Shown here: positions 8,983-17,824 of the stretch, one piece after another
Position numbering within the stretch: the stretch's first letter is position 1
Layout of the letters: each line of letters starts with the position of its first letter
NCBI GenBank assembly: GCA_022729235.1
Contig: JALDAJ010000001.1
Span: forward strand, 288,001-352,000
Source: Candidatus Nanohalarchaeota archaeon
Lineage (GTDB): Archaea > Nanohalarchaeota > Nanosalinia > Nanosalinales > Nanosalinaceae
Length of the DNA stretch: 64,000 bases
Direction of reading: 5' to 3'
Translations under genes and position numbers: made by a program
The notes under the pieces: model-generated
The model's database searches: none
What the model was told of the DNA's origin: nothing
Seen by the model: only the letters and a program-made list of their open reading frames with translations

Positions 8983-9695
8983 TCAGGCAGATGTTCTTCC
9001 AGTATCTCTAGCTTCTCCTTGAGCTCGGTTTTGTCTATGTCAGCGAGATCAACTTTAACGTTGATTTCGACATTTTCTCTCGTTTCGGACGAGGTTCTGC
9101 TAGGAACGTCAGGCGTTTTATCTCCCTCAGAACCTGTCGTCGGCTGTCCTTGTTGATCCAAGCTGTCGTTCTCTTCCTCTTCCGTCTCGTCTAGGGATAG
9201 ACTTAGTTCCAGTTTTCCGCCCTCACCGGCCTCAATCACACCAAGTTCCTCGAATATCCCGACAAAACGCTCGACCTTCTCAATATCCTCTTCGAAGTAT
9301 TCTTGCTTGCCAGCGACCTTTTTGGCTATCTCTGATCGAGTGTAATCCGAGTTCTTGTTAAGTAGATATACCACTTCGTTAAACAAGTCGTTCTCTTCCT
9401 GAAGCTGTTTGACTAGTTTTTTCTTTGCACGCCTCTCCATTTCCTCATTTGATGCGTTTTCGAGCGAAACTAGGAATTTCGGAGGAGAGTAGTACCCTGC
9501 TTTCTCTCTATGGATCAGTCCGATTTTCCAGAGCGCCTTGTAACAGGTGGATGCGTTCTGGGTGTTAATATCGTCGGCCGCGTCTTTGTAGTATACGGCT
9601 TCCTCACCCTCATAGGTAAAGCGCTCAATGAGATTTTCAAGTGCTTTCTTATGGAGTTCTGGAGAGAATCTCCCCGGCAAATCATCTCGTTCCAT
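8979..9695 (-). CDS. Tandem winged-helix protein with acidic linker and short C-terminal beta-alpha tail (DUF5343-like architecture)
   Basis: CYKALWKIGLIHREKAGYY and FVGIFEELGVIEAGEGGKL are wHTH-like; low-complexity linker; VEINVKVDL tail; 4-nt overlap with the HEPN gene. Confidence 0.6.
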   Translation of the reverse strand: MERDDLPGRFSPELHKKALENLIERFTYEGEEAVYYKDAADDINTQNASTCYKALWKIGLIHREKAGYYSPPKFLVSLENASNEEMERRAKKKLVKQLQEENDLFNEVVYLLNKNSDYTRSEIAKKVAGKQEYFEEDIEKVERFVGIFEELGVIEAGEGGKLELSLSLDETEEEENDSLDQQGQPTTGSEGDKTPDVPSRTSSETRENVEINVKVDLADIDKTELKEKLEILEEHLPE

Positions 9696-10037
9696 AAGTC
9701 ACATATTTAATAAAAAACTTTTTAAACTATTCTGTTATTCGCCGATTTTTAGTCAAATTGCAGAGATATTTTGTCACGAGGAGAAAATCCGGCAGGAGTT
9801 TCCGAGGGTATTACACCATAATACACAGCAAGCTTTAGATGAAGGAAATGATGACTAATAACTAACCAATATAAGCACAGTGTTCGCCTATCAAATACGA
9901 ATCAGCAGGCTGAGAAAGATATGATGTTGTATAATAGTACTATTTAAATGCTGAACACTAGATTTCTCTTGAAAATTCAAACGAAGCGAGGAGAACCGAG
10001 AAGAGCTTGAAAGAAAGGCTCTGAATGGACGAGAAGG

Positions 10038-10171
10038 CGCCCCCTCAGGGATTTGAACCCTGGATCTGCACCTATTTGCTTCGAAGATCAGAGATCTTCT
10101 CGGTCCCCGTTCTCCCGTTGGGAGAACTTGAGGCTCCGCAAGGTGCCGTCTTTCCACTAGACCAAGGGGGC
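10038..10171 (-). tRNA. tRNA-Arg(GCG) with a 62-nt intron at 37/38 (intron 10074-10135)
   Basis: Acceptor GCCCCCT/AGGGGGC, anticodon arm GCACC-TTGCGG^A-GGTGC, T arm CAGGG-TTCAAAT-CCCTG. BHB core TTGC/GCAA with 3-nt bulges. CCA not fully encoded. Confidence 0.92.
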
Positions 10172-10195
10172 ACATTTGTGGTAGAGGGAGGCGAG

Positions 10196-10204
10196 TTTTA
10201 AAAA
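10196..10204 (-). promoter_or_regulatory. TATA box of tRNA-Arg
   Basis: TTTTTAAAA 25-33 nt upstream of the mature 5' end. Confidence 0.6.
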
Positions 10205-10255
10205 TCGAGTCAGGTGCGAGAGGGTTTTTTAACTGTTTGTTGCGGGAAAGTTGGT

Positions 10256-10420
10256 ATGGAGAACGAAGAATGCACCAGCTGCGGTCGTAACCTGAGGGCG
10301 GCTGAAACTTTTGTCGAGTTTGACTGCCCGAAGTGCGGTGAGACGATTTCGCGCTGCGGGAAGTGCAAGAAACTCGCCCGTGAATATGAGTGTCCGGAAT
10401 GCGGCTTTACAGGACCGTAA
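10256..10420 (+). CDS. Small double zinc-ribbon protein (DUF1610/HVO_2753-like)
   Basis: CTSCG, FDCPKCG, RCGKC and YECPECGFTGP; typically found upstream of aEF-1beta. Confidence 0.9.
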   Translation: MENEECTSCGRNLRAAETFVEFDCPKCGETISRCGKCKKLAREYECPECGFTGP

Positions 10421-10583
10421 CTTTTTCATTCTTGGAGAAACCGGACTTGAACAGGTGGTTGAAAATGGAGTTCCTAAGAAAGTTAAAGGAAAAACTCAGA
10501 AATCTTTTCTAGAGTGATTTTTCTCACAGCGTTTCTGTTTTTTAACTTTTTCTTTCTCATCCTGTTTTTAGGTGATACTTGAA

Positions 10584-10838
10584 ATGGGAAAGATTGCTGT
10601 TGTCCTGAGAATTATGCCGGAAGACGCTGAAACCGATCTAGATGAGATTGAAGATGGAGTCCGTGACAGGATTAACGTCGACGATGTTGAGAGAGATGAG
10701 GTGGCGTTCGGTCTGCAGGCGCTCATGGTCTCCACGATGACAACCGATGAAGAAGGTGGAACCGACCATATCGAGAACGAGCTGGAGGACCTTGAGGGCG
10801 TGCAGAGCATCGAGGTAGAGAAGTTCAACAAGATTTAA
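10584..10838 (+). CDS. ef1b: Translation elongation factor aEF-1beta
   Basis: RIMPEDAETDL, VAFGLQAL and EGGTD motifs; GGTGAT SD at 10571-10576. Confidence 0.93.
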   Translation: MGKIAVVLRIMPEDAETDLDEIEDGVRDRINVDDVERDEVAFGLQALMVSTMTTDEEGGTDHIENELEDLEGVQSIEVEKFNKI

Positions 10839-10864
10839 ACCTTGAGCTCTATACAGCAGACGTT

Positions 10865-11338
10865 ATGACAGACAAAAAAGCAGTGGCGCTCGCCATATAT
10901 GAAAGCAGTGAGAAAAGTAGCATTCTAAGTGTTTTGAGACCGGAAGATGATGAGGACCATCCAGGAGTTTGGGGGATGCCAGCTACCTCTCTGAACGATG
11001 GAGAGTCTTGGGAAGAAGCGGTGCGCCGCGCAGCAAGAGAAAAGCTCAACGTTGAAATAGAAAGCATAGAGTTGTTGAGCGAAGGAAAACAGTCTAGAGA
11101 CGATTACGACATCACTCTTAGAAACTATCAGGCAGAAATAAAGGGCAATCAAACACCTGATGTTCAGGAGGCTTCAACTACAGGAACCAAATACGAGGAA
11201 TGGGACTGGAAACCAGTGAACCAGATGAAAGAAGCAGCGACAGAAACGGCAAGCCTCTGCACAACATTGATTTTAGATCTGCACGAAAAGGAGTTTGATA
11301 GGCCAGAGAATATAGAAAGAGTCAAGCATTACGCCTAG
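10865..11338 (+). CDS. NUDIX hydrolase
   Basis: WGMPATSLNDGESWEEAVRRAAREKL, a variant Nudix box. Confidence 0.8.
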   Translation: MTDKKAVALAIYESSEKSSILSVLRPEDDEDHPGVWGMPATSLNDGESWEEAVRRAAREKLNVEIESIELLSEGKQSRDDYDITLRNYQAEIKGNQTPDVQEASTTGTKYEEWDWKPVNQMKEAATETASLCTTLILDLHEKEFDRPENIERVKHYA

Positions 11339-11478
11339 AAAGTCGTCTCTCCACCGCCGCAGACCCTGCAGCCATATTCGAGCTTGTCCTCTCTGCATAC
11401 CTGGGAGCCGCAGACCTCACAGGTCGTTACCGCTGGCCTTTCGTTGCAGTAATCGCAGAGAGCGGATGTTTCTTGCAT
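11335..11478 (-). CDS. 47-aa Cys-rich zinc-finger microprotein (not in ORF track)
   Basis: Hand translation MQETSALCDYCNERPAVTTCEVCGSQVCREDKLEYGCRVCGGGETTF; three CxxC pairs plus one more Cys. Confidence 0.8.
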   Translation of the reverse strand: MQETSALCDYCNERPAVTTCEVCGSQVCREDKLEYGCRVCGGGETTF

Positions 11479-11517
11479 CACGTTACTTGTTAAAGTTCTA
11501 GCGGTAAAATCTTTTGC

Positions 11518-12543
11518 ATGGGAGTTGATCTAGGTGACCTCGTGGAGCCGGAAGAAATCGAGTGGGCGGAACTACATGACAAGGAGCTTGCTATCGATGC
11601 GATGAACACGCTTTACCAGTTCCTGTCGATTATCAGGCAGAGAGACGGTACCCCGCTCAAAGACTCGCAGGGGCGTGTCACCTCCCATTTATCCGGGCTT
11701 TTCTACAGGAATATCAACCTGCTGGAGAACGGTATAAGACCGGTATACATCTTCGATGGCGAGACACCCGAGCTCAAGGAGAAAGAGTCTTCTCGAAGAA
11801 GAAAGAAGCGGGAGGAAGCCCGGGAAGAATGGAAACGCCTCAAGGACGAAGGTAAAGTCGAAGAGGCTTACACCAAGGCAACACAATCCTCCAGACTAGA
11901 CGGCGACATGATACTTGAGGCGAAGAAACTGCTGGACGCGATGGGAATACCCTACATAGATGCGGTAAGTGAGGGAGAAGCCCAGGCAGCCCACATGACC
12001 CGGTCGGACGAAGGTGATATATACGCGGTCGGGAGCCAGGACTGGGACTGCCTGCTGTTCGGCGCGGAAAAGATGGTCAGGAATCTTACAACGCGGAAGA
12101 AGCGGAAGACCTCTAGCGGCGGGAAGAAAGAGGTATCCGTCGAAAGAATAGAGCTTGAAGACGTCCTTGACGAACTCGAAGTTTCGCAGGAGAAGCTGGT
12201 CTGGATGGGCATCCTGATGGGAACCGACTTCAACCCGGACGGGGTCAAAGGTATAGGTCCGAAGACCGCGCTCAAGCTGGTGAAAAAATACGACAGTTTT
12301 GAAGAACTTTTAGAAGATGAAAAAGTCGACTTGGATATGGAAAGGGCGGAGAAGATACTAGAGCTTTTCATGGATCCTCCGGTCGAAGAAGTTAGCTACG
12401 AGTTCAGTTCACCGGATAACGGCAGGATAAAGGAGATACTTGTAGAAGAACATGACTTCTCAGAAGAGAGAATTGATTCAGGTCTTGACAAGCTTGAGAA
12501 GGCGCTTGAATCGAGACAGTCAGGGCTGGAAAGCTTTGTCTGA
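11518..12543 (+). CDS. fen: Flap endonuclease 1
   Basis: MGV N-terminus, YQFLSIIRQRDG, SEGEAQAA, GTDFN and GIGPKTA motifs; C-terminal PIP box QSGLESF. Confidence 0.97.
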   Translation: MGVDLGDLVEPEEIEWAELHDKELAIDAMNTLYQFLSIIRQRDGTPLKDSQGRVTSHLSGLFYRNINLLENGIRPVYIFDGETPELKEKESSRRRKKREEAREEWKRLKDEGKVEEAYTKATQSSRLDGDMILEAKKLLDAMGIPYIDAVSEGEAQAAHMTRSDEGDIYAVGSQDWDCLLFGAEKMVRNLTTRKKRKTSSGGKKEVSVERIELEDVLDELEVSQEKLVWMGILMGTDFNPDGVKGIGPKTALKLVKKYDSFEELLEDEKVDLDMERAEKILELFMDPPVEEVSYEFSSPDNGRIKEILVEEHDFSEERIDSGLDKLEKALESRQSGLESFV

Positions 12544-12573
12544 CATCTTATCTCCCGAGAACTCTGATTTTCG

Positions 12574-14106
12574 CTACCGCTGCTCCCGTAGTTCCTTAAG
12601 CACTAACTTGGTGATTTCTCCTATCTCCTGGTACCCTTTACGCAGCTCCTCTATCTCTTCCTGCTGTCTCTCAATCTCCTCTATAAGAGGTTCTATATCT
12701 CTCCCATCACCTGATTCCTCTCTCTGTTCGAGCTGGTCGACCCGGCGCTCAACCCTTTCCAGCCCGGAGTCATTGCCCCCGACCTGTTGCTGGACGAGTT
12801 CGGACAGGTTCCTGTTGATCTCTTCTAGGACTTTTTCAGTATCGTTTTCCTCCTGCGCCAGTTCTTCGTATTCGTCGTGGGAAAGCAGTTTGAGGTGTGC
12901 CAGGTCTTCAAAGTCGTTGAAAATCCATTTGAAATCCGAAACAACTGCTTTCAGGTCATTCATTTCCTTCCTCAAGTCCGAGACCTCGGTTTCATCAAAT
13001 TCCTGCCGTAGTGACTCCAGTCTCTGGTTGAGATTCCTTATATCCGAGCGGAGTTCCTTCAAGTCGTCTTCTACCGATGTATCCGCCACTTCTTCCTCTA
13101 AATCCACCAGTTTCTCATCTGCCTCATCCTGTCTCTGAGAAAGATTGGCTCGGACTTCCCTGATTAAATCAGACTTCTCAGCGAGCGTGTCCTTGACCTT
13201 TTCCAGTTCTTTCTCCAGGCTATCAACTGCTTCTTCACTATCCAGGTCTTCTATCTGGGAATGTACCTGTTCAAATCTTTCTTCATATTCTTCCTCTACC
13301 TGTTCGATTCTTTCCTCTATATCAGATGCAGGGTCTTCAGGCATGGACTCCTGCAGTTCTTCCAGGTCCTGTCGGAGTTCGTCGAGTTCCCCGTCGTCAC
13401 CGTCATCATCTATGCGGTCTCGTAGCTGGTCGAGTTCTTCCCTGATTTCTTCCTCTACTTCGTCAACTCTTCCCTGGAGGTCAGAGCCTGATTCTTCGGG
13501 TATAGATTCTTCGAGACCCTCAAGTTCATCCAGTTTTTCCGAAACATCTTCTACCTGGCCCTGCAGAGACTCTACGGCATCATTATTTTCCAGTTCCTCG
13601 ATTCTGTCCTCGATTTCCTGGGACTCAGTATCTTCAAGCCGGGACTCAAGTTCCTCAATCCTTTCTCTGAGTTCGTCAACTTCTTCAGGAGCTTTCCGGG
13701 ACGTGTCTTCCCCCGAAGACTCTTCTTCCAGGGTTTCATCCCCGTCTCCTTGATCCTCTTCGCTCTCTTGATCTCCGAATATAGCGTCATCGCCATCGTC
13801 TTCATCGTCCAGTAGGACTTGTTCGTCGGAGCCATCCTCAGTTTCATCTTCTTCCGTGAACACTGTTCCGCCGTCTTCAGCCTCGTCATCGCCGAAGAGT
13901 GTGTCGCCTTCACTTTCATCCTCTACCTCTTCCTGTTCTTCATCATCTCCGAACAGTGTTTCATTCTCTTTATCATCCTCCGTAGAACCTGAGTCGTCTT
14001 CAAATATCTCTTCTTCCGCTTCTTCGTCATCTCCAAAGAGTACTTCCTGTTTGGAATCTTCCTCGTCGTCTTCTCCGAATATAACGTCGTCCGTCATCGA
14101 GTTCAC
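12574..14106 (-). CDS. Hyperacidic coiled-coil protein with N-terminal (L/I)FGDD repeats
   Basis: About 9 hydrophobic-F-G-acidic repeats followed by a long heptad-patterned region. Confidence 0.8.
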   Translation of the reverse strand: MNSMTDDVIFGEDDEEDSKQEVLFGDDEEAEEEIFEDDSGSTEDDKENETLFGDDEEQEEVEDESEGDTLFGDDEAEDGGTVFTEEDETEDGSDEQVLLDDEDDGDDAIFGDQESEEDQGDGDETLEEESSGEDTSRKAPEEVDELRERIEELESRLEDTESQEIEDRIEELENNDAVESLQGQVEDVSEKLDELEGLEESIPEESGSDLQGRVDEVEEEIREELDQLRDRIDDDGDDGELDELRQDLEELQESMPEDPASDIEERIEQVEEEYEERFEQVHSQIEDLDSEEAVDSLEKELEKVKDTLAEKSDLIREVRANLSQRQDEADEKLVDLEEEVADTSVEDDLKELRSDIRNLNQRLESLRQEFDETEVSDLRKEMNDLKAVVSDFKWIFNDFEDLAHLKLLSHDEYEELAQEENDTEKVLEEINRNLSELVQQQVGGNDSGLERVERRVDQLEQREESGDGRDIEPLIEEIERQQEEIEELRKGYQEIGEITKLVLKELREQR

Positions 14107-14139
14107 TTAATACTGAGAAGTACTCAAAACGTTAAAACA

Positions 14140-15615
14140 CTACTGGTCCATCGCCGCCTTCACGAGTTCTGTAAGCTCCACCATCGTCGACATCAGTTCG
14201 TCAACATCCACTTCATTCTCATGGACGCGGTCCTCAAGCGATAGTAGTTCTTCGTCCATCGCCTCCCATAGACGCTCCAGTTTCTCGTCCTCCGCGGTCT
14301 CCTCTCTAAACTCCTTGACATAGGACCGGAGTTCTTCCATAGAACGGTCTGCTTCTTTCTGGTCCTTTCCAAGCCTTTCTATCTCAGCTTCAAGCTTCTG
14401 TTTCTCGTACTTAACCGTTTCCTTTATTTCCTCTATTTCTCCGCGCAGTTCTTCATCGACTATATCCCGTATACGCCTGTCCGGATTCATAACCACGTCC
14501 TCCAGTTCAGTTAGCCGGTCATCAATCTGCTGCGGTGTCTTGATGGTCTCGATGCGGTCTTCCAGCCGGGCGATCCTTTCCTCGAGGTCGCTGTCGTCCT
14601 CGAGTTCCATCCTTTCCACTCTCTGCTCCAGTTCGTTTATCTTCCCGAGTTCCTGTGCTTCGCTCGAAACCATCTTTTCCTCAAGTTTCTTGATGCGCTC
14701 ATTTAGCTCTTCGTTTCTCGAACCCTTCTCTCTCCCGGAGATCTTCTCCTCCAGATCGTTCAGGTTCTTTTCCAGGGCATCTCTCTTCTCTGATGTGGAT
14801 TCAGGCGTAGTAGGAGCCGTATCAGTTTCAGCGGTATCTCGGGTTTCAGGCGCTTCCTCGCCTTCGACTTCCGGTTCTATGGCAGACTCTTCTCGATGTT
14901 CTTCATGCGTCGGTTCTTCCACAGGAACCTCTACTTCGACGTCCTCATCGGGCGTGACCTCCATCTCTGCTTCTCCATCATCCGGTTCAACTGTAGAGCT
15001 CCCAGTTTCCTGTTCCGACACGTCTGCCCTCTCCTCGCTCTCTGTCCCATCTCTTTCGTAATCACCTGTATCTATACCCAGTTCCTCTTGCAGGGCTAGC
15101 TCAGCCTCTACGTCTTCATCTTCTACTCCTGGCATCTCCTCGAGATCATCCAGGGATTCTATTTCTCCTATCTCCTCAGGAGAGTTAACGGTCTCATCAT
15201 CCAGAGCCTGTCTCTCGGCATCAAGCTCTTTCTCCAAATCCTCTGTATCAAGAACAGGGCCGCTATCAGTTTCATCATGAACCGGTTTCGCCTCCAGGCG
15301 AGCTGTGGTTTCTGTACTCTTACCTGTGAAAATAGATTTTATACGCGAGATAAGAGACCCAGAATGTTCATGCCTTTTTCGAGACACACTCTTCTCATCA
15401 GGTGCGCGGTTTCCAGAGCCTCCTATATCTGTGATCTGATCCTCGAGGTTTTCACCCTCTTCAGCCTCCACGCACTCCATTTCCTCATCGATAGAGCTTA
15501 CCGCCTTCCTGACTATACTTTTCTCAGGAGTCCTGACTTCTACCCCTTCCGACTCCTTCTTGGAGTGGAGCTCGTCTGTAGCCTCCTGAACTTTTTTCTC
15601 TATGGTAGAAGCCAT
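14140..15615 (-). CDS. Acidic disordered plus coiled-coil protein
   Basis: Low-complexity acidic N-half with an amphipathic SLISRIKSIFTG segment; repeated RIxxLE heptads in the C-half. Confidence 0.8.
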   Translation of the reverse strand: MASTIEKKVQEATDELHSKKESEGVEVRTPEKSIVRKAVSSIDEEMECVEAEEGENLEDQITDIGGSGNRAPDEKSVSRKRHEHSGSLISRIKSIFTGKSTETTARLEAKPVHDETDSGPVLDTEDLEKELDAERQALDDETVNSPEEIGEIESLDDLEEMPGVEDEDVEAELALQEELGIDTGDYERDGTESEERADVSEQETGSSTVEPDDGEAEMEVTPDEDVEVEVPVEEPTHEEHREESAIEPEVEGEEAPETRDTAETDTAPTTPESTSEKRDALEKNLNDLEEKISGREKGSRNEELNERIKKLEEKMVSSEAQELGKINELEQRVERMELEDDSDLEERIARLEDRIETIKTPQQIDDRLTELEDVVMNPDRRIRDIVDEELRGEIEEIKETVKYEKQKLEAEIERLGKDQKEADRSMEELRSYVKEFREETAEDEKLERLWEAMDEELLSLEDRVHENEVDVDELMSTMVELTELVKAAMDQ

Positions 15616-15688
15616 CAGTAAAAATAATAGCCGAGCCGGTTAATAAAATCGCCCTACAGCCAGGATTAAATACGCGCCAGGTCAAGTA

Positions 15689-17161
15689 GTGGACATGCAA
15701 CCCGTAGTTCTCGTGGTTATGGACGGTGTAGGTTTACACGAAGAAGAGAAAGGTAACGCGTTCAGACAGGCGGACACACCTAACATCGATAGACTGATGG
15801 AAGAAAACGGTTACAAAGAGCTACAGGCATGGGGTCCTGCCGTAGGACTCCCCGAAGGATTCCAGGGCAACAGCGAGGTAGGGCATCTACACCTTGGCGC
15901 AGGTAGACGAGTACCCCAGAGACTCAAACGTATCAACGACTCAATAGAGAATGATGAGCTAGAGGAGAAAGAAGCACTGGCAGATGCGCTCGAACGCGCC
16001 GAGGAGAACGGTAATGCAGTACACCTCGCCGGCATCATATCCGACGGCGGCATACACGGACATATCGACCACCTTGAAGCACTGATGAGAACAACACAGG
16101 ACTATGAACTGGAAAAAGTGTGGCTCCACTGCTTTACCGATGGAAGGGACGTGGACCCGAAGAGCGCAGATAGATACCTCGATGAGATACGTGACTGCAT
16201 GGAAAAATATGACAGCGACTTCGGGTTCGCATCGATAATGGGCCGCTACTACTCGATGGACCGCGACCATAACTGGGACAGAACCCGCGATGCTTACAGG
16301 GCGATGACTCTCGGAGAGGGTTTCGGGTTCGAGAGACCAGAGGACGCAGTGGAAAAGACTTACGAGGACGGGGACTACGACTACTTTGTTATTCCCGCAG
16401 TGAATGAGTGTTACAATGGGATGAACAGCGAGGATGAACTTATCTTCTACAATTATCGCGCGGACAGAGAAGTAGAACTCTGTAAGGCGTTTCTATGGGA
16501 AGACTTCAGCGAGTTCGAGAACCCTGTCAGGCCGAACTTCACCTCGATGTTCCGGTACGAGAAAGATTTCGACAACCCTGTGATGTTCGAGAAGATGGTG
16601 GTTGAGGACACACTCGGGGAGAAGCTGGAGGACGCGGGACTGAAGCAGTTACGGATAACCGAGTCACAGAAAATCCCGCATATGACCTACTTCTTCAACG
16701 GCCAGAAAGAAATCGAATTCGAACACGAGGAAACGCACTTCGTGGAATCGGATAAAATCAAGGCGTACGACCAGAAGCCGGATATGCACGCCGATGACAT
16801 CACCGACATACTCGTAGAAGCGGTAGAGGAGGGCGAACACGACTTCATGATACTCAACTTCCCGAACGGTGACCTCGTCGGCCATACCGGCGATCTCGAA
16901 GCCGCTATAACCGCGATGGAGACCGTGGACAGGAACGTCGGCAGGATAGTCAACGCAGTAGAAGGTACCGACTACGCGTTACTGGTCACCGCGGACCACG
17001 GCAACTGCGAAGATATGGGAACAGAAGGCGAGCCAAGCACATCCCACACCTTGAACCCTGTACCATTGATACCTGTTAACTATGAAGGCGAGTTAGACAT
17101 TGAAGAAGGAGAGCTGTGGGAGGTAGAGAATGTTGTCGAGGATATAATGAAGCTAAACTAG
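15689..17161 (+). CDS. gpmI: 2,3-bisphosphoglycerate-independent phosphoglycerate mutase
   Basis: DGVG, GNSEVGH, DGRD, GRYYSMDRD, DLVGHTG, TADHGN and HTLNPVP motifs. Confidence 0.96.
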   Translation: MDMQPVVLVVMDGVGLHEEEKGNAFRQADTPNIDRLMEENGYKELQAWGPAVGLPEGFQGNSEVGHLHLGAGRRVPQRLKRINDSIENDELEEKEALADALERAEENGNAVHLAGIISDGGIHGHIDHLEALMRTTQDYELEKVWLHCFTDGRDVDPKSADRYLDEIRDCMEKYDSDFGFASIMGRYYSMDRDHNWDRTRDAYRAMTLGEGFGFERPEDAVEKTYEDGDYDYFVIPAVNECYNGMNSEDELIFYNYRADREVELCKAFLWEDFSEFENPVRPNFTSMFRYEKDFDNPVMFEKMVVEDTLGEKLEDAGLKQLRITESQKIPHMTYFFNGQKEIEFEHEETHFVESDKIKAYDQKPDMHADDITDILVEAVEEGEHDFMILNFPNGDLVGHTGDLEAAITAMETVDRNVGRIVNAVEGTDYALLVTADHGNCEDMGTEGEPSTSHTLNPVPLIPVNYEGELDIEEGELWEVENVVEDIMKLN

Positions 17162-17403
17162 TCAGGAGGATCACAGTCATCCAGTTCATCCATTTTGTCC
17201 GTCAATTCATCCTGTTTCTCTCCAGCACCTTCTTCATCATCTTCAGGCCACTGCGACTGGTACAGACTGCACTGTGCACTTTCACTCTGCCCACCGACAA
17301 AGTCGGAGAAGTCACCCGCCTCTCCCGTCACCATGAACACCGCTATCCCCGCGACTACGGCTCCAACCGTCGCGACGAGAACCATCTGTATTGTCAGGTT
17401 CAT
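17158..17403 (-). CDS. Small pilin-like protein without a charged leader
   Basis: N-terminal hydrophobic helix, short acidic head with two Cys; tandem with a pilin. Confidence 0.6.
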   Translation of the reverse strand: MNLTIQMVLVATVGAVVAGIAVFMVTGEAGDFSDFVGGQSESAQCSLYQSQWPEDDEEGAGEKQDELTDKMDELDDCDPPD

Positions 17404-17409
17404 ATCTAA

Positions 17410-17715
17410 TTATTCCTCTGTCTGGCTTCTGCAATCATATGTATCTTGACCAATTTGACCTTCAGCGTGTTCTATTCCCAGAACGTCAGCGCTCTGTCCT
17501 ACTATTCCTGCTCTCTCACAGCTTGAAGGCGTGCTATGCGTCCCGGAACTAAATCTACAGGTATTCTCGATAGTCGCGATACATTCCTGTTCGGCGCTGT
17601 CCCCGAAGATTCCTTGCAGGCTTCCCTGTGTCATGAAGATGACGGTCAGCGCGGTCATCATAAGTACTGATGCGGCAACGATCAGCGCCAGTGTCTGGGA
17701 CATTCCTTTACGCAT
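17410..17715 (-). CDS. Type IV pilin-like protein (class III signal peptide)
   Basis: MRKG|MSQTLALIVAASVLMM and four Cys in the head domain. Confidence 0.8.
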   Translation of the reverse strand: MRKGMSQTLALIVAASVLMMTALTVIFMTQGSLQGIFGDSAEQECIATIENTCRFSSGTHSTPSSCERAGIVGQSADVLGIEHAEGQIGQDTYDCRSQTEE

Positions 17716-17824
17716 ACTACCAAGTTTGCTTCCGCCAGTATAAAAGAGATGTGGAACGCCGGAGTTCGGTCGAATGATCTCAGGGGCTCATGAAAGAAAA
17801 ATAGAGAGAAATGTTCCAGGAACT

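Larger units (their letters stand above)
7811..10048. mobile_element. Small integrase-less island at the 3' end of tRNA-Arg(GCG)
   Basis: Bounded by the 11-bp direct repeat CGCCCCCTCAG (7811-7821 and 10038-10048, the tRNA 3' end). AT-rich flanks and two non-housekeeping genes. Confidence 0.6.

Noticed and set aside
7822-10037. Integrase or transposase within the island
   Set aside because: No tyrosine-recombinase R-H-R-Y pattern or DDE-like ORF seen in the genes or gaps.
9891-10175. 94-aa ORF
   Set aside because: It runs through the tRNA-Arg gene and has no protein-like features.
12452-15061. Long Ser-rich plus-strand ORFs (12452-13138, 13145-13753, 14540-15061) and many similar ones across the window
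   Set aside because: Antisense shadows of Glu/Asp-rich genes: reverse complements of acidic codons read as Ser-rich frames with few stops.
12574-15615. SMC/Rad50/Sph ATPase interpretation of the coiled-coil proteins
   Set aside because: No Walker A/B or signature motifs, and no hinge or zinc hook.
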